From assembly GCA_002269645.1 (NCBI GenBank), contig NIVC01000267.1, positions 248,001 to 312,000 of the forward strand: a stretch of DNA of 64,000 bases, given 5' to 3'. Positions 1 through 14,052 of the stretch are shown one piece after another. Numbering within the stretch: position 1 is the stretch's first letter; each line of letters begins with the position of its first letter. The notes under the pieces were generated by a model that did not search any database, was not told the origin of the DNA, and saw only the letters and a list, made by a program, of their open reading frames with translations. A program made the translations under genes and the position numbers. Source of the DNA: Macrostomum lignano. Its lineage: Eukaryota.

Positions 1-312
1 ACTATGTATGAGCTCATTGTAAAATTTGAATCCAATTTTGTTCGCTAATATAGAGTAAAGCTATTTTCCAGCTACTCGACAGATTGGGGGCGCGAGAAAC
101 TCGACAGTTCGCCGAGCTTATCTGGGCGAATCATCTTGGCGGCTCGCCTTTCGGCTGGTCTGAAAGCGGACAAGAATTCACTGGGGCGCTGCTCGATGGG
201 AGAATGCAAGGTCGTCAGCTTTCACCGGAACTGCAGGGCCATGCCAGCCCAGCAGATCCGGTTGCTTCCGGCTCTTGCAGATCCTGCGGCACCCCATCTG
301 CTCAGGGAGCCT

Positions 313-1385
<1,073 letters not shown>

Positions 1386-1959
1386 GCATAAAAATACTCC
1401 CATTTCAGTTGCAAACATTTCCCCAAATGGAGTTGCTACAATAATTTAAAATATGCAAATTTATGCGCCGTCAACAAGTCAGTGACTCGCTCCAGCCGCA
1501 CGCAGCCGCAGGCACTGAATGCACTGGACCCAGTCGCGAGCCTAATGACCCGGATACATGCAGAAAGTCGAACGCCCTTTGTTTCTCCGGCTCGGCGGAA
1601 GTCATAAACAAACAAGAAAGCCCCCAGCAGCTGCTGTAGAGGCGACCTGGGCACTGGGAGATCGGGGAGTCCCCAATCGGCTTCCCTCCGAAACCCGAGA
1701 ACCGCCTGCCCGGCCGCCCGGACTCCGGCAAGTTTTTAGCGGCGCATAGCAACTGAAAAAATCGAAAGTAGGAATTGATGAGGGGTTGGGGGTGGTGACA
1801 AACAATTTCGTCACACCTTGGCTCAGCCGCCTCGTCACTCGGGTGCTTCTGTCTCCATCGTCCGTCGCCAACCGACTGTCTCGCCTTTGCCCTCCTCAGC
1901 CACCCCAGCCCAGAGTCGTCGAATGGGTAAGCTGATACCCCCCCCCTCCCTAACTCGGA

Positions 1960-2260
1960 GATTTCCGAAGGGCGAAAGAAGAAGGCGCGATAGAGAGGGG
2001 GGCGCGAGGGCCGCTGCCCGGCCAGCCAATCAGAAACCCGATAGGCCCTGGCCGGCTGGGGGGGCTTCGGCCGCGTCCCGGTTTTTACGGCCGAATTTCT
2101 CACCAGCCCGAGTCCGCATCCGCATATTGTCACTCTCAACGTCACTTAAGCCGACTCGCCGCGTCCCATCCCGTTTCCAATTTCAATCTCGCTGACTCCG
2201 CTGGCTTTTGTGCGCTTGGTTCAGCTTTCATATCAGCTTTCACAGTTATTGTTTTCGCTT
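1960..2260 (+). promoter_or_regulatory. Putative Six1/2 promoter region
   Basis: CpG-rich segment with an NF-Y-type AGCCAATCAG box (CCAAT 2026-2030) about 600 bp upstream of the ATG; TSS not demonstrable from sequence. Confidence 0.3.
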
Positions 2261-2626
2261 TCTGAGGAGAGGGAGAGAGAGAGACGGACTTGAAGGCCAG
2301 AATCTCGCATATTGATGACACGGCTGGCTCGGCAGCGACAGGAATAAGCCTAAGCCGCGCCAGGAACTCGTCAGGATCGTCTTGCGCTCAAGCGCTCGCT
2401 CGCAGGAGAGAGAGAGTAGGGCTGGTAGGTAAGTCAATCTTATCCACAGCGGATCGGGTGTCTCAGGCACTGTAAAGCGAGATAGAGAGGCGGAGTGGCG
2501 ACAGTAGGGCTGCGAAGTAGAATCCGATCTCACTCTGCTCACCGCTGACTTCTCCGCTTACTGTTCCGCAGTCGGCAGTGAAATATAGGGCCAAGCGAGG
2601 CGGCAGCGAAGCCCCAGCCAGGCCAG

Positions 2627-5600
2627 ATGATCCAGCAGTCCCAGGACTGTTATCTACCCTGCGCATCTGTCGAAGACCGAGCCTACGGTGAGCAGACTCT
2701 GCAACAGCAGCAGCAACAACAGCAGACCCAGACTCCTCAGCAGGCAACTCAGAGCCAGGAGCTTCATCAGCTGATCCCGCAGCATCACCAGCCGATTCTG
2801 TCAGCGGATGATTCCGAATGCTCAGTCGGCGGCGCTGCTGGCAGCGGCGGGTGCCGGTTCACCCAGGAGCAGGTGGCCTGCGTGTGCGAAGTCATGCGCA
2901 ACTCCGGCGACATGGACCGCCTGTCCCGCCTGATCTGGTCTCTGCCGCCCTGCGAGCAGCTGCACCGCAATGAGTCCGTGCTCACCGCCAAGGCCTACCT
3001 GGCCTCGCACCGGGAGAACTACAAGGAGCTCTACAGGATTCTGGAGAGTCACAACTTCTCGCCGCGGCTGCACCCGCAGCTGCAGGCTCTGTGGCTGAAC
3101 GCGCACTATCGCGAGGAGGAGAAGGTCAAGGGCCGGCCGCTCGGCGCCGTGGCCAAGTACCGGGTGCGGCGGAAGTTCCCGCTGCCCCGGACCATCTGGG
3201 ATGGCGAGGAGACCTCCTACTGCTTCAAGGAGAAGTCCAGACAGGTGCTGCGCGAGTGGTACGCGCACAATCCCTACCCGTCACCCAGGGAGAAGAAAGA
3301 GCTGGCGGAGGAGACCGGCCTGACCACCACCCAGGTGTCCAACTGGTTCAAGAACCGAAGACAGCGGGACCGGGCAGCTGACGGCAAGGACAAGTGAGTC
3401 GGTGGTAGATCTTGTTGTCACTCTGATTGTCACTCTGATTGTCACTCTGATTGTCACTCTGATTGTCACCCTGATTGTCACGCTGATTGTCACTCTGATT
3501 GTCACTCTGATTGTCACTCTGATTGTCACCCTGATTGTCACGCTGATTGTCACTCTGATTGTCACTCTGATTGTCACTCTGATTGTCACTCTGATTGTCA
3601 CTCTGATTGTCACTCTGATTGTCACTCTGATTGTCACTCTGATTGTCACTCTGTCTGATTGTCACTCTGATTGCCACTCTGATTGTCACTCTGTCTGATT
3701 GTCACTCTGTCTGATTGTCACTCTGTCTGATTGTCACTCTGTCTGATTGTCACTCTGTCTGATTGTCACTCTGTCTGATTGTCACTCTGTCTGATTGTCA
3801 CTCTGTCTGATTGTCACTCTGTCTGATTGTCACTCTGTCTGTCTGTCTGATTGTCACTCTGTCTGATTGTCACTCTGTCTGATTGTCACTCTGTCTGATT
3901 GTCACTCTGTCTGATTGTCACTCTGTCTGATTGTCACTCTGTCTGATTGTCACTCTGTCTGATTGTCACTCTGTCTGATTGTCACTCTGTCTGATTGTCA
4001 CTCTGTCTGATTGTCACTCTGTCTGATTGTCACTCTGTCTGATTGTCACTCTGTCTGATTGTCACTCTGTCTGATTGTCACTCTGTCTGATTGTCACTCT
4101 GTCTGATTGTCACTCTGTCTGATTGTCACTCTGTCTGATTGTCACTCTGTCTGATTGTCACTCTGTCTGATTGTCACTCTGTCTGATTGTCACTCTGTCT
4201 GATTGTCACTCTGTCTGATTGTCACTCTGTCTGATTGTCACTCTGTCTGATTGTCACTCTGTCTGATTGTCACTCTGTCTGATTGTCACTCTGTCTGATT
4301 GTCACTCTGTCTGATTGTCACTCTGTCTGATTGTCACCCGGTCTCTGATTGTCACTCTAATTGTCACGCTGATTGTCACTCTGTCTGATTGTCACTCTGA
4401 TTGTCACTCTGGTTGTCACTCTGTCTGATTGTCACTCTGGTTGTCACTCTGGTTGTCACTCTGTCTGATTGTCACTCTGATTGTCACTCTGGCTGTCACT
4501 CTGTCTGATTGTCACCATGGCTGTCACACTATTCACTATTTATCTGCTCTACCTTTTAGTCGAACTTCGAAATGAAATTCCCCGTATTCATTCATTTTTA
4601 TGACCACTTCAACCCGCTTCAATTGTCACTAGGACTTGTCAAGCATTAATGCACCTTGCCAACTTCAACTCTCATTTCTTGCTCAGTTAGCATTGAGCCC
4701 ATTTAAATGTAAACCCATTGCAGAAAAGTAAGTTTATTGAGCTCCAACTGCTGGCTAAGATTATTTATTAACGATAAATGTTGACTCTGAGTGCACGCCA
4801 TTCGAGTAGGGCTATGGGGTGACAATTAGAGGGGTTACTAAGAGTGGCCTCCCGCAGGTCTCACGGTATAATGGCACCCACAGTCAGCAGCCATGGGGGA
4901 GGGGGTCTAGCTGTCCTGCCCCGTTCACTCACCAACTTATCCTTAGGTGTATTGTTAAACATTTGCCAGCAGCAATGCGCTGTCTTCTGGAAGCACAATT
5001 AGATGAAGAATAAATGAGAGCAATATTTGCCCACCGCAGAACACAGGGGCGGGCGTGCCAATGAGCTCATATCAGCATGTCATTGTCCCTGCCTCTGCTC
5101 TCCATCACTCTTGCCCGCTTTTCGATTCCATAATAATTAATAAAAGAGTAGTTAAAAAAGTCTTAACAATTCACCCCCAGATTGTCGAAAACTAATTTCT
5201 ATTAATGAAAAAATCTGCTTGGAGAATTTTGCCTTCGGAATGAAGACAGCTCTCAGTTTGGCATTGAATAGACATAACGTTGACAAGAGGCCAGCTCGGC
5301 TGTTTGCTCACTGGCTTGGGGTCCGCGCCATAGACAACAAAAATTATGTAAATTGCTTGCTTAAATGGCCAATCAATGAATTGAAGAGTTGCCAGGCCGC
5401 CAGTTGCCTGTCTGACTAGGCCACTAAGGCACTAACATCTTCCGGCTTCCGGCTTCCCGGCTTTTCTTAGCAAACATCTTCGGCGGGCGCTGGGAACGGA
5501 GCGAGCGGGAAGGAGGGCAGAGGGGGGGTCGAGCAGACAAACAAAAACTTTTCAAAAACCCCAACCGTATTTCTGTCAATCGATTCTGTTCGAAATTCGA

Positions 5601-8600
5601 ATTCTCCTTGTTCGAGCAGTGGGCGTCCCGAACTAGAGGGAAAGCGGCTAAAAAAAGCATATGCTGTTTAACTAAGAGATATTTGTCCATACGCTAGTAG
5701 TTTTGTCATTTTCTCTCTCAGTTCACGGCATGTCATTTGAATCGCAATTCCTTTGTCATTTCTTCCTTATTCTCCTGACTCTTTTCCCATTTAGCCTATA
5801 ACTGAGGCATAAACTGCAAACAGAATATTGAGAAATAGGAGTCAGATCAGAGAGAGCGGAGAGATCAGAGACATCAGAGAGATCAGTGAGAAATCAGAGA
5901 GAGAGCGGAGAGAGATCAGAGAGAGATCAGAGAGAGATCAGAGAGATCAGAGAGATAAGAGAGAAATCAGAGAGAGAGATCAGAGAGAGATCAGAGAGAG
6001 ATCAGAGAGAGCGGAGAGAAATCAGAGAGAGAGATCAGAGAGAGATCAGAGAGAGATCAGAGAGATCAGAGAGAAATCAGAGAGAGAGAGAGCGGAGAGA
6101 GATCAGAGAGAGATCAGAGAGATCAGAGAGAAATCAGAGAGAGAGAGATCAGAGATATATCAGAGAGATCAGAGAGATCAGAGAGATCAGAGAGATCAGA
6201 GAGAAATCAGAGAGAGATCAGAGAGATCAGAGAGATCAGAGAGATCAGAGAGATCAGAGAGATCAGAGAGAAATCAGAGAGAGAGCGGAGAGAGCGGATG
6301 GAGATCAGAGAGCGGATGGAGATCAGAGAGATCAGAGAGATCAGAGAGAAATCAGAGAGAGAGATCAGAGAGAGATCAGAGAGATCAGAGAGAAATCAGA
6401 GAGAGAGATCAGAGAGAGATCAGAGAGATCAGAGAGATCAGAGAGATCAGAGAGATCAGAGAGAAATCAGAGAGAGAGCGGAGAGAGATCAGAGAGATCA
6501 GAGAGATCAGAGAGATCAGAGAGATCAGAGAGATCAGAGAGATCAGAGAGAAATCAGAGAGAGAGCGGAGAGAGATCAGAGAGATCAGAGAGATCAGAGA
6601 GATCAGAGAGATCAGAGAGAAATCAGAGAGAGAGAGCGGAGAGAGATCAGAGAGATCAGAGAGATCAGAGAGATCAGAGAGATCAGAGAGAAATCAGAGA
6701 GAGAGCGGAGAGAGATCAGAGAGATCAGAGAGATCAGAGAGAAATCAGAGAGAGAGCGGAGAGAGCGGATGGAGATCAGAGAGCGGATAGAGATCAGAGA
6801 GATCAGAGAGATCAGAGAGAAATCAGAGAGAGAGCGGAGAGAGATCAGAGAGATAAGAGAGATCAGAGAGATCAGAGAGATCAGAGAGATCAGAGAGAAA
6901 TCAGAGAGAGAGCGGAGAGAGATCAGAGAGATCAGAGAGATCAGAGAGATCAGAGAGATCAGAGAGAAATCAGAGAGAGAGCGGAGAGAGATCAGAGAGA
7001 TCAGAGAGATCAGAGAGAAATCAGAGAGAGAGCGGAGAGAGATCAGAGAGAGAGCGGAGAGAGATCAGAGAGAGAGCGGAGAGAGATCAGAGAGATCAGA
7101 GAGATCAGAGAGAAATCAGAGAGAGAGCGGAGAGAGATCAGAGAGATCAGAGAGATCAGAGAGATCAGAGAGATCAGAGAGATCAGAGAGATCAGAGAGA
7201 AATCAGAGAGAGAGCGGAGAGAGCGGATGGAGATCAGAGAGCGGATGGAGATCAGAGAGATCAGAGAGATCAGAGAGAAATCAGAGAGAGAGATCAGAGA
7301 GAGATCAGAGAGATCAGAGAGAAATCAGAGAGAGAGATCAGAGAGAGATCAGAGAGATCAGAGAGATCAGAGAGATCAGAGAGATCAGAGAGAAATCAGA
7401 GAGAGAGATCAGAGAGAGATCAGAGAGATCAGAGAGATCAGAGAGATCAGAGAGATCAGAGAGATCAGAGAGATCAGAGAGAAATCAGAGAGAGAGCGGA
7501 GAGAGATCAGAGAGATCAGAGAGATCAGAGAGATCAGAGAGATCAGAGAGAAATCAGAGAGAGAGCGGAGAGAGATCAGAGAGATCAGAGAGATCAGAGA
7601 GAAATCAGAGAGAGAGCGGAGAGAGATCAGAGAGAGAGCGGAGAGAGATCAGAGAGAGAGCGGAGAGAGATCAGAGAGATCAGAGAGATCAGAGAGAAAT
7701 CAGAGAGAGAGCGGAGAGAGATCAGAGAGATCAGAGAGATCAGAGAGATCAGAGAGATCAGAGAGATCAGAGAGATCAGAGAGAAATCAGAGAGAGAGCG
7801 GAGAGAGATCAGAGAGATAAGAGAGATCAGAGAGATCAGAGAGATCAGAGAGATCAGAGAGATCAGAGAGAGAGCGGAGAGAGATCAGAGAGATCAGAGA
7901 GATCAGAGAGATCAGAGAGATCAGAGAGATCAGAGAGATCAGAGAGATCAGAGAGATCAGAGAGATCAGAGAGATCAGAGAGATCAGAGAGAAATCAGAG
8001 AGAAATCAGAGAGAGAGCGGAGAGAGATCAGAGAGATCAGAGAGATCAGAGAGATCAGAGAGATCAGAGAGATCAGAGAGATCAGAGAGATCAGAGAGAT
8101 CAGAGAGATCAGAGAGATCAGAGAGATCAGAGAGAAATCAGAGAGAGAGCGGAGAGAGATCAGAGAGATCAGAGAGATCAGAGAGATCAGAGAGATCAGA
8201 GAGATCAGAGAGAAATCAGAGAGAGAGCGGAGAGAGATCAGAGAGATCAGAGAGATCAGAGAGAAATCAGAGAGAGAGAGCGGAGAGAGATCAGAGAGAT
8301 CAGAGAGATCAGAGAGATCAGAGAGATCAGAGAGAAATCAGAGAGAGAGCGGAGAGAGATCAGAGAGATCAGAGAGATCAGAGAGAAATCAGAGAGAGAG
8401 CGGAGAGAGATCAGAGAGATCAGAGAGATCAGAGAGATCAGAGAGATCAGAGAGAAATCAGAGAGAGAGCGGAGAGAGATCAGAGAGATCAGAGAGATCA
8501 GAGAGATCAGAGAGATCAGAGAGATCAGAGAGAAATCAGAGAGAGAGCGGAGAGAGCGGATGGAGATCAGAGAGCGGATGGAGATCAGAGAGAAATCAGA

Positions 8601-11600
8601 GAGAGAGCGGAGAGAGCGGATGGAGATCAGAGAGCGGATGGAGATCAGAGAGCGGATGGAGATCAGAGAGCGGATGGAGATCAGAGACTGCATTGAGCAG
8701 GGAGGATGAGGAGCGCCCAGCCCGACTCCCCAGCGTGCATCAGGAAAACTTGCTCGCCTAAATTTTTAATGACGGGTCACGTCATTGGCTTGTCAAGATT
8801 TTAACTATGGAGCGAGCATTGCCAGAGTTGAGTTAAATAAGCGATTGACTGGATGGGGGGGGGGGCTGGAGAAAGTGTGTGGTGGCGACACGAGCAGGCT
8901 GGCTGAGAGGGGAGGAGCCTGGAAAAGCAGGATGAGGCGGGCGGGCGGGCGGTCGGACGCAGGGAAGGCGCGAGAATTTTTCGAGTCGGAATTTTGCCGA
9001 GGCGGCGGCTCTGGGGACAGGATAAGGGGGGGGGGGTAGCAGAGGCCCTTTCTGGGCTCGTGGGCTGACGGAAATCTGAGACGATTTCGCTCTCGCGCGC
9101 TCTCTCTTTATCGAGACTCGCTGAACTGTTCCATCTGGTCAACTGCAGTGTCTCACAGAGCTAGGGACCGGGGGTGTTGGTGTCAAATTTCTTTCAAGGG
9201 AACTGGGAAGGGGGTCTGGAGGCGAAGGCCTGCCCGCCTGCCTGCGCGGCGCGGTGCAAGGAGGAAGCCCCGACTGTCTGTCTTGTGTTCTGGCCCTGCT
9301 AGAGAAGCATGCGTGTGCGATGCGTGTTTCACAGAGAAGTTTTTTCCCCTTAACTTGCTCTTTTTTCTCTGCGTTCTGGCGTGTCTCCTCCTTCTTCTGC
9401 AAGCAGAGAGTGGCAAAAACGGTTCCCAAAGACTGTTGGGCTTGGTGCTGCTTTCAGAGCGAAGTATCGCATCATGATGAAGACGTTCTGGATGAGGCGG
9501 CCCGGTTTTGATAATGAAAAGAAGAAATTTTTAGTCAGTGTGGGTAGGACAACCGGCGCCAGAAAAATTATTAAAAACTGTTTCCAGTGCATAGAATGAC
9601 TCTCTGTTTGTATCTCTAGTCTCCAATCTCTAGTCTCCAATCTCTAGTCTCCAATCTCTAGTCTCCAATCTCTAGTCTCCTATCTCTAGTCTAATATCTC
9701 TAGTCTCCTATCTCTAGTCTCCTATCTCTAGTCTCCTATCTCTAGTCTCCTATCTCTAGTCTTCTATCTGTAGTCTCCTATCTCTAGTCTAATCTCTCTA
9801 GTCTCCTATCTCTAGTCTCCTATCTCTAGTCTCCTATCTCTAGTCTCCTATCTCTAGTCTCCTATCTCTAGTCTCCTATCTCTAGTCTAATCTCTCTAGT
9901 CTCCTATCGCTAGTCTCCTATCTCTAGTCTCCTATCTCTAGTCTCTAGTCCATATCTCTATGCTCTAGTCTCCTATCGCTAGTCTCCTATCTCTAGTCTA
10001 ATCTCTCTAGTCTACTATCGCTAGTCTCCTATCTCTAGTCTCTAGTCCATATCTCTATGCTCTAGTCTTCTATCCCTAGTCTCTAAGAAACGAATGTAAA
10101 ATCTCAATAAATATTTTCAATTTCGCCACTCAGTGCCCCATGGTGCACCCCAAGCCCCTACTAAACAGCCAAATTGGATTGTTTTGGCACAAAGATTCCA
10201 ATTTTTTAACCCGATTGCCAGTCTGGGAGCTCCAACATACGGTCCGGCCCCCCTCTCTCATCTCTCCAAGCAATTAGGCTTCTCAAGTGCGCTCCGGCTT
10301 TGAGAGTGCTCTTCTCTTTTCAACTCCATTTATTTGCTCTCCGCTCCTCCCGGATGCAGTCACAGTGAATGCTGGACTTTTTTGGCAACACGCAGCTCCC
10401 CCTCGCTGTGAGATCAACAGCAACTCACGGCGCTTGACTTGAGCAACTCTGGCCCAGATTGCTGCATATAATGGCTTCTAAGTTGATTCTTGAGCACCCA
10501 GCTCAAACCCCCGGGGGGCAGTTTGGGAATAATGGGAGAGATGCGGCGGAATCAGTGCAACTGTTGCTCAACCACTTTTTTGGAGAGAAGTGTGAAGGGC
10601 CACTTCTATTGCCGCTCATTTCTACCCTTTGGCTAGTAACTGGGATTGTGGGTTTTTATTTCAACTGTGAAAGTCGCTTCATTATTTCGAAGCTCATAGG
10701 TCCGAGCTGGGATTCCAAAATCGGAGCCTTACTGGGGAGAATTGATTTTGACGCAAACGTCTGGCTGACTTTGAGGCACTTGAAAGAAGCAATTGCGGGC
10801 TTATGAGTTAAATGACAAACTGAAGTTAACAATGCCAACAAAAAGCCCCCCCCCCCCCAGTCATTGCGAGGCCCTGCGCGATGCGTTAAAAGTCTTTGTT
10901 TGCCAATAGACTCGGAGAGAGTGGGGGAGCGGCGGCGGCACCCGTTTTTAGGGCTTATGAGATTTGGCAAGGTAATTATTTAAGTTGCGAGGGCCTCCTC
11001 AAAGCTGTTTTGATTTGATGTGCTCAGAACTGGAGGCTCTGCTTTCTCCGTCTCTATTCGTTTGCACAACTCGACTCGAACTTCGAAGCGGCAGGCCATA
11101 GCTAACCCTTAACCCCTGACCGAGCTGTCTTGATTAGCTGCGTTTCACTGTCAATTCTTATCGCACAGGAATCTGTCCTGGTCTGTTTTTGCAGCTGATT
11201 AAAATAAAATCCTTGTTAACGAATTCATATTTTGTATTTTCTGACCCCTGATCCCCGATCCCTGATCCCTGATCCCCTATCCCTGATCCCTGATTCCCGA
11301 TCCCTGATCCCTGATTCCCGATCCCTGATCCCCGATCCCTGATCCCCATTCCCCGATCCCCATTCCCTGATCCCCATTCCCTGATCCCCATTCCCTGATC
11401 CCCATTCCCTGATCCCCATTCCCTGATCCCCATTCCCTGATCCCCATTCCCTGATCCCCATTCCCTGATCCCCATTCCCTGATCCCCATTCCCTGATCCC
11501 CATTCCCTGATCCCCATTCCCTGATCCCCATTCCCTGATCCCCATTCCCTGATCCCCATTCCCTGATCCCCATTCCCTGATCCCCATTCCCTGATCCCCA

Positions 11601-12838
11601 TTCCCTGATCCCCATTCCCTGATCCCCATTCCCTGATCCCCATTCCCTGATCCCCATTCCCTGATCCCCATTCCCTGATCCCCATTCCCTGATCCCCATT
11701 CCCTGATCCCCATTCCCTGATCCCCATTCCCTGATCCCCATTCCCTGATCCCCATTCCCTGATCCCCATTCCCTGATCCCCATTCCCTGATCCCCATTCC
11801 CTGATCCCCATTCCCTGATCCCCATTCCCTGATCCCCATTCCCTGATCCCCATTCCCTGATCCCCATTCCCTGATCCCCATTCCCTGATCCCCATTCCCT
11901 GATCCCCATTCCCTGATCCCCATTCCCTGATCCCCATTCCCTGATCTTTGATCGCTGATCTTTGATCGCTGATCCTTATTCCCGATTCATATCAAAATCA
12001 GCCACCTGCAGATACATGAAAATCGCACCTTCACCCAAATCTCCCCCCCTTCAGAATCCCCGGCCTGGGCAGCCCAGACGACTCAATCGATCTCAAACTC
12101 GAAGATTTGCCCGATCGGCCAAATCCAAAGCCGCTGCCGGTTCAGAATCCGGACGAACTTCGTCGAGCTCCAACGGTTGGCGCAGCCGCTTCCTCCTCGT
12201 CAACATCGTCGGGATCATCGTCGATTTCGTCCAATGGAGCAGCAGCGACGGGGGTCCTGCCGGGGCACCAGCAGCTGATGCAGCAGCAGCCGCAGCCGCA
12301 TCATCCAGTTGCCATGGGCTACCAGCAGATGGCGCCTTACTTGCAGCAGCAGCAGCAGTCGCAGCATCTCTACCCCATCATGTCCCCGTACTCCGGCCAG
12401 CAGACTGTCGAATCACCGCCGCCGCACGCTGACCGGGCCAGCGCGGCCTCCGCCTCGCCCGTTGAAGACCTTCGGCAGCAGCAGTACCCGCAGTACCAGC
12501 ACCAGACCGCAGTGCACCATCTTCACCATCACCAGCAGCATCCGGTTCCGCATCATCTAGACGAACACCAATCCTACCAGATGGGTCACAGTCTGCACCA
12601 GCAGCACCAGCAGCAGCACCATCATCTGCAGTACTTTCAACCGATGGACGACTATGCCCAGCATCCTCAGCATCACCACCATCATCATCACCTGTATCCG
12701 TTCCATCATCAGGCCGCCGCCGCTGCCGCCGCCGCCGTTGCCGCAGCCAGCGGCGGTCAGCCAGACAAGAAGCTGGCCGAGGCGGACGCCTTGCTGTTCC
12801 ATCCGGGCTTTTCCGGAGCGGCCGCCTACAGTCTCTGA
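2627..12838 (+). CDS. six1/2: Six1/2 (sine oculis) homeobox transcription factor, join(2627..3393,12055..12838), ~516 aa
   Basis: Exon 1 encodes the SIX domain ([11 protein letters not shown]...[13 protein letters not shown]) and a homeodomain with the Six1/2-diagnostic ETSY tetrapeptide and [10 protein letters not shown]. Phase-2 donor AA|GTGAGT at 3394. Polypyrimidine acceptor CCCCCCCTTCAG|A at 12054 restores the frame into a Q/H/A-rich exon ending TGA at 12838. Total 1551 nt. Exon 2 assignment rests on phase and splice signals. Confidence 0.9.
3415..4530. repeat. Intronic minisatellite: 12-mer TTGTCACTCTGA switching to 16-mer TTGTCACTCTGTCTGA
   Basis: Starts about 20 nt after the Six1/2 donor; 12-mer to ~3650, 16-mer to ~4335, then a degenerate tail. 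Confidence 0.95.
5845..8686. repeat. Purine-rich compound satellite built on GAGAGATCA with GAGAGAAATCA, GAGAGAGAGCG and GCGGATGGAGATCA variants
   Basis: 2.8 kb array; source of the ERSE/REI/DQR pseudo-ORFs. Confidence 0.97.
9611..10085. repeat. 14-mer minisatellite TCTCTAGTCTCCTA
   Basis: Tandem copies inside the Six1/2 intron. Confidence 0.93.
11246..11975. repeat. 14-mer minisatellite CCCTGATCCCCATT
   Basis: Homogeneous core with degenerate edges, ending about 80-110 nt before the Six1/2 exon 2 acceptor. Confidence 0.96.
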
Positions 12839-13377
12839 GGCCGCCTACAGTCTCTGAGGCTGCCTACAGTCTCTGAGGCCGCCTACAGTCTCTGAGGCCG
12901 CCTACAGTCTCTGAGGCCGCCTACAGTCTCTGAGGCCGCCTACAGTCTCTGAGGCTGCCTACAGTCTCTGAGGCCGCCTACAGTTTCTGAGGCTGCCTAC
13001 AGTCTCTGAGGCCGCCTACAGTCTCTGAGGCCGCCTACAGTCTCTGAGGCCGCCTACAGTCTCTGAGGCCGCCTACAGTCTCTGAGGCCGCCTACAGTCT
13101 CTGAGGCCGCCTACAGTCTCTGAGGCTGCCTACAGTCTCTGAGGCCGCCTACAGTCTCTGAGGCCGCCTACAGTCTCTGAGGCCGCCTACAGTCTCTGAG
13201 GCTGCCTACAGTCTCTGAGGCCGCCTACAGTCTCTGAGGCCGCCTACAGTCTCTGAGGCTGCCTACAGTCTCTGAGGCCGCCTACAGTCTCTGAGGCCGC
13301 CTACAGTCTCTGAGGCCGCCTACAGTCTCTGAGGCTGCCTACAGTCTCTGAGGCCGCCTACAGTCTCTGAGGCCGCC
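12820..13377 (+). repeat. 19-mer array GGCCGCCTACAGTCTCTGA x29, first unit = last codons plus stop of Six1/2
   Basis: 12820-13370 = 551 bp = 29 units plus a partial GGCCGCC; TGA at 12836-12838 is the gene's stop. Confidence 0.95.
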
Positions 13378-13441
13378 ACAGCGACGGCTCATCCCGCAGT
13401 GTACACAAAGATAAACAGACAAAATATCAAATTTCTAATTA

Positions 13442-13447
13442 AATAAA
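13442..13447 (+). terminator. Candidate poly(A) signal for Six1/2
   Basis: AATAAA in an AT-rich segment just after the 3' UTR array. Confidence 0.4.
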
Positions 13448-14052
13448 CTAATTAATTAACCAATTTAAATGTAAAAGTGTTTTTTTTGCCCAGCTTCACC
13501 TGAGCTCATTATATCGTTTATTAAAATTTTGCCTCCACCCCCCACACACTCCACAATGCACCAACAACAATGCACTGTGAAGTTGCGTCTGCTTGCGCAC
13601 AAGGGTTTTTTTCCTCAAATTGGCTATCAAATCTTCTTCTTTACGTTTTGAAGTTTTGCTTATTTTCTTTTTAAGTGCACGTTGCTTGGTTGGCTTTCCT
13701 TCCATTAATAATTTGCTATTTTTTGCTTATATTTGATCTGTGTACAATAGACCCGAACATTGCTTCTTGGTTACCTCGGTGTAGGGATTTAATCATAATT
13801 GAGAAGTTCGTGCAGGAGACTCTCATTGAGCTCACACAATCAGTCAGAAATCACATTTATCAGTTTGTTTGCTTATGTTGAATATCACAGTGTTTAAATA
13901 TATATGTGAAAACTATTATGTGGCTAAATTTAATTCAAAGTCTCAGAAATTTCCGTTTCTACTGACACTTCTACTTTCAGTAGAGCGTATTGTCTTTTTG
14001 CTATTTGTGGATAACAGTATTAGAGACACTGAGTGACTTTTTTAAGGGTTTG

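Noticed and set aside
3415-4530. TGATTGTCA in each unit as an array of TALE (Pbx/Meis) binding sites
   Set aside because: Only a partial match to the TGATTGACAG consensus; short motifs arise by chance and there is no functional evidence.
5828-8709. 320-803 aa Arg/Glu-rich ORFs
   Set aside because: The GA satellite lacks stops by composition and lies inside the Six1/2 intron.
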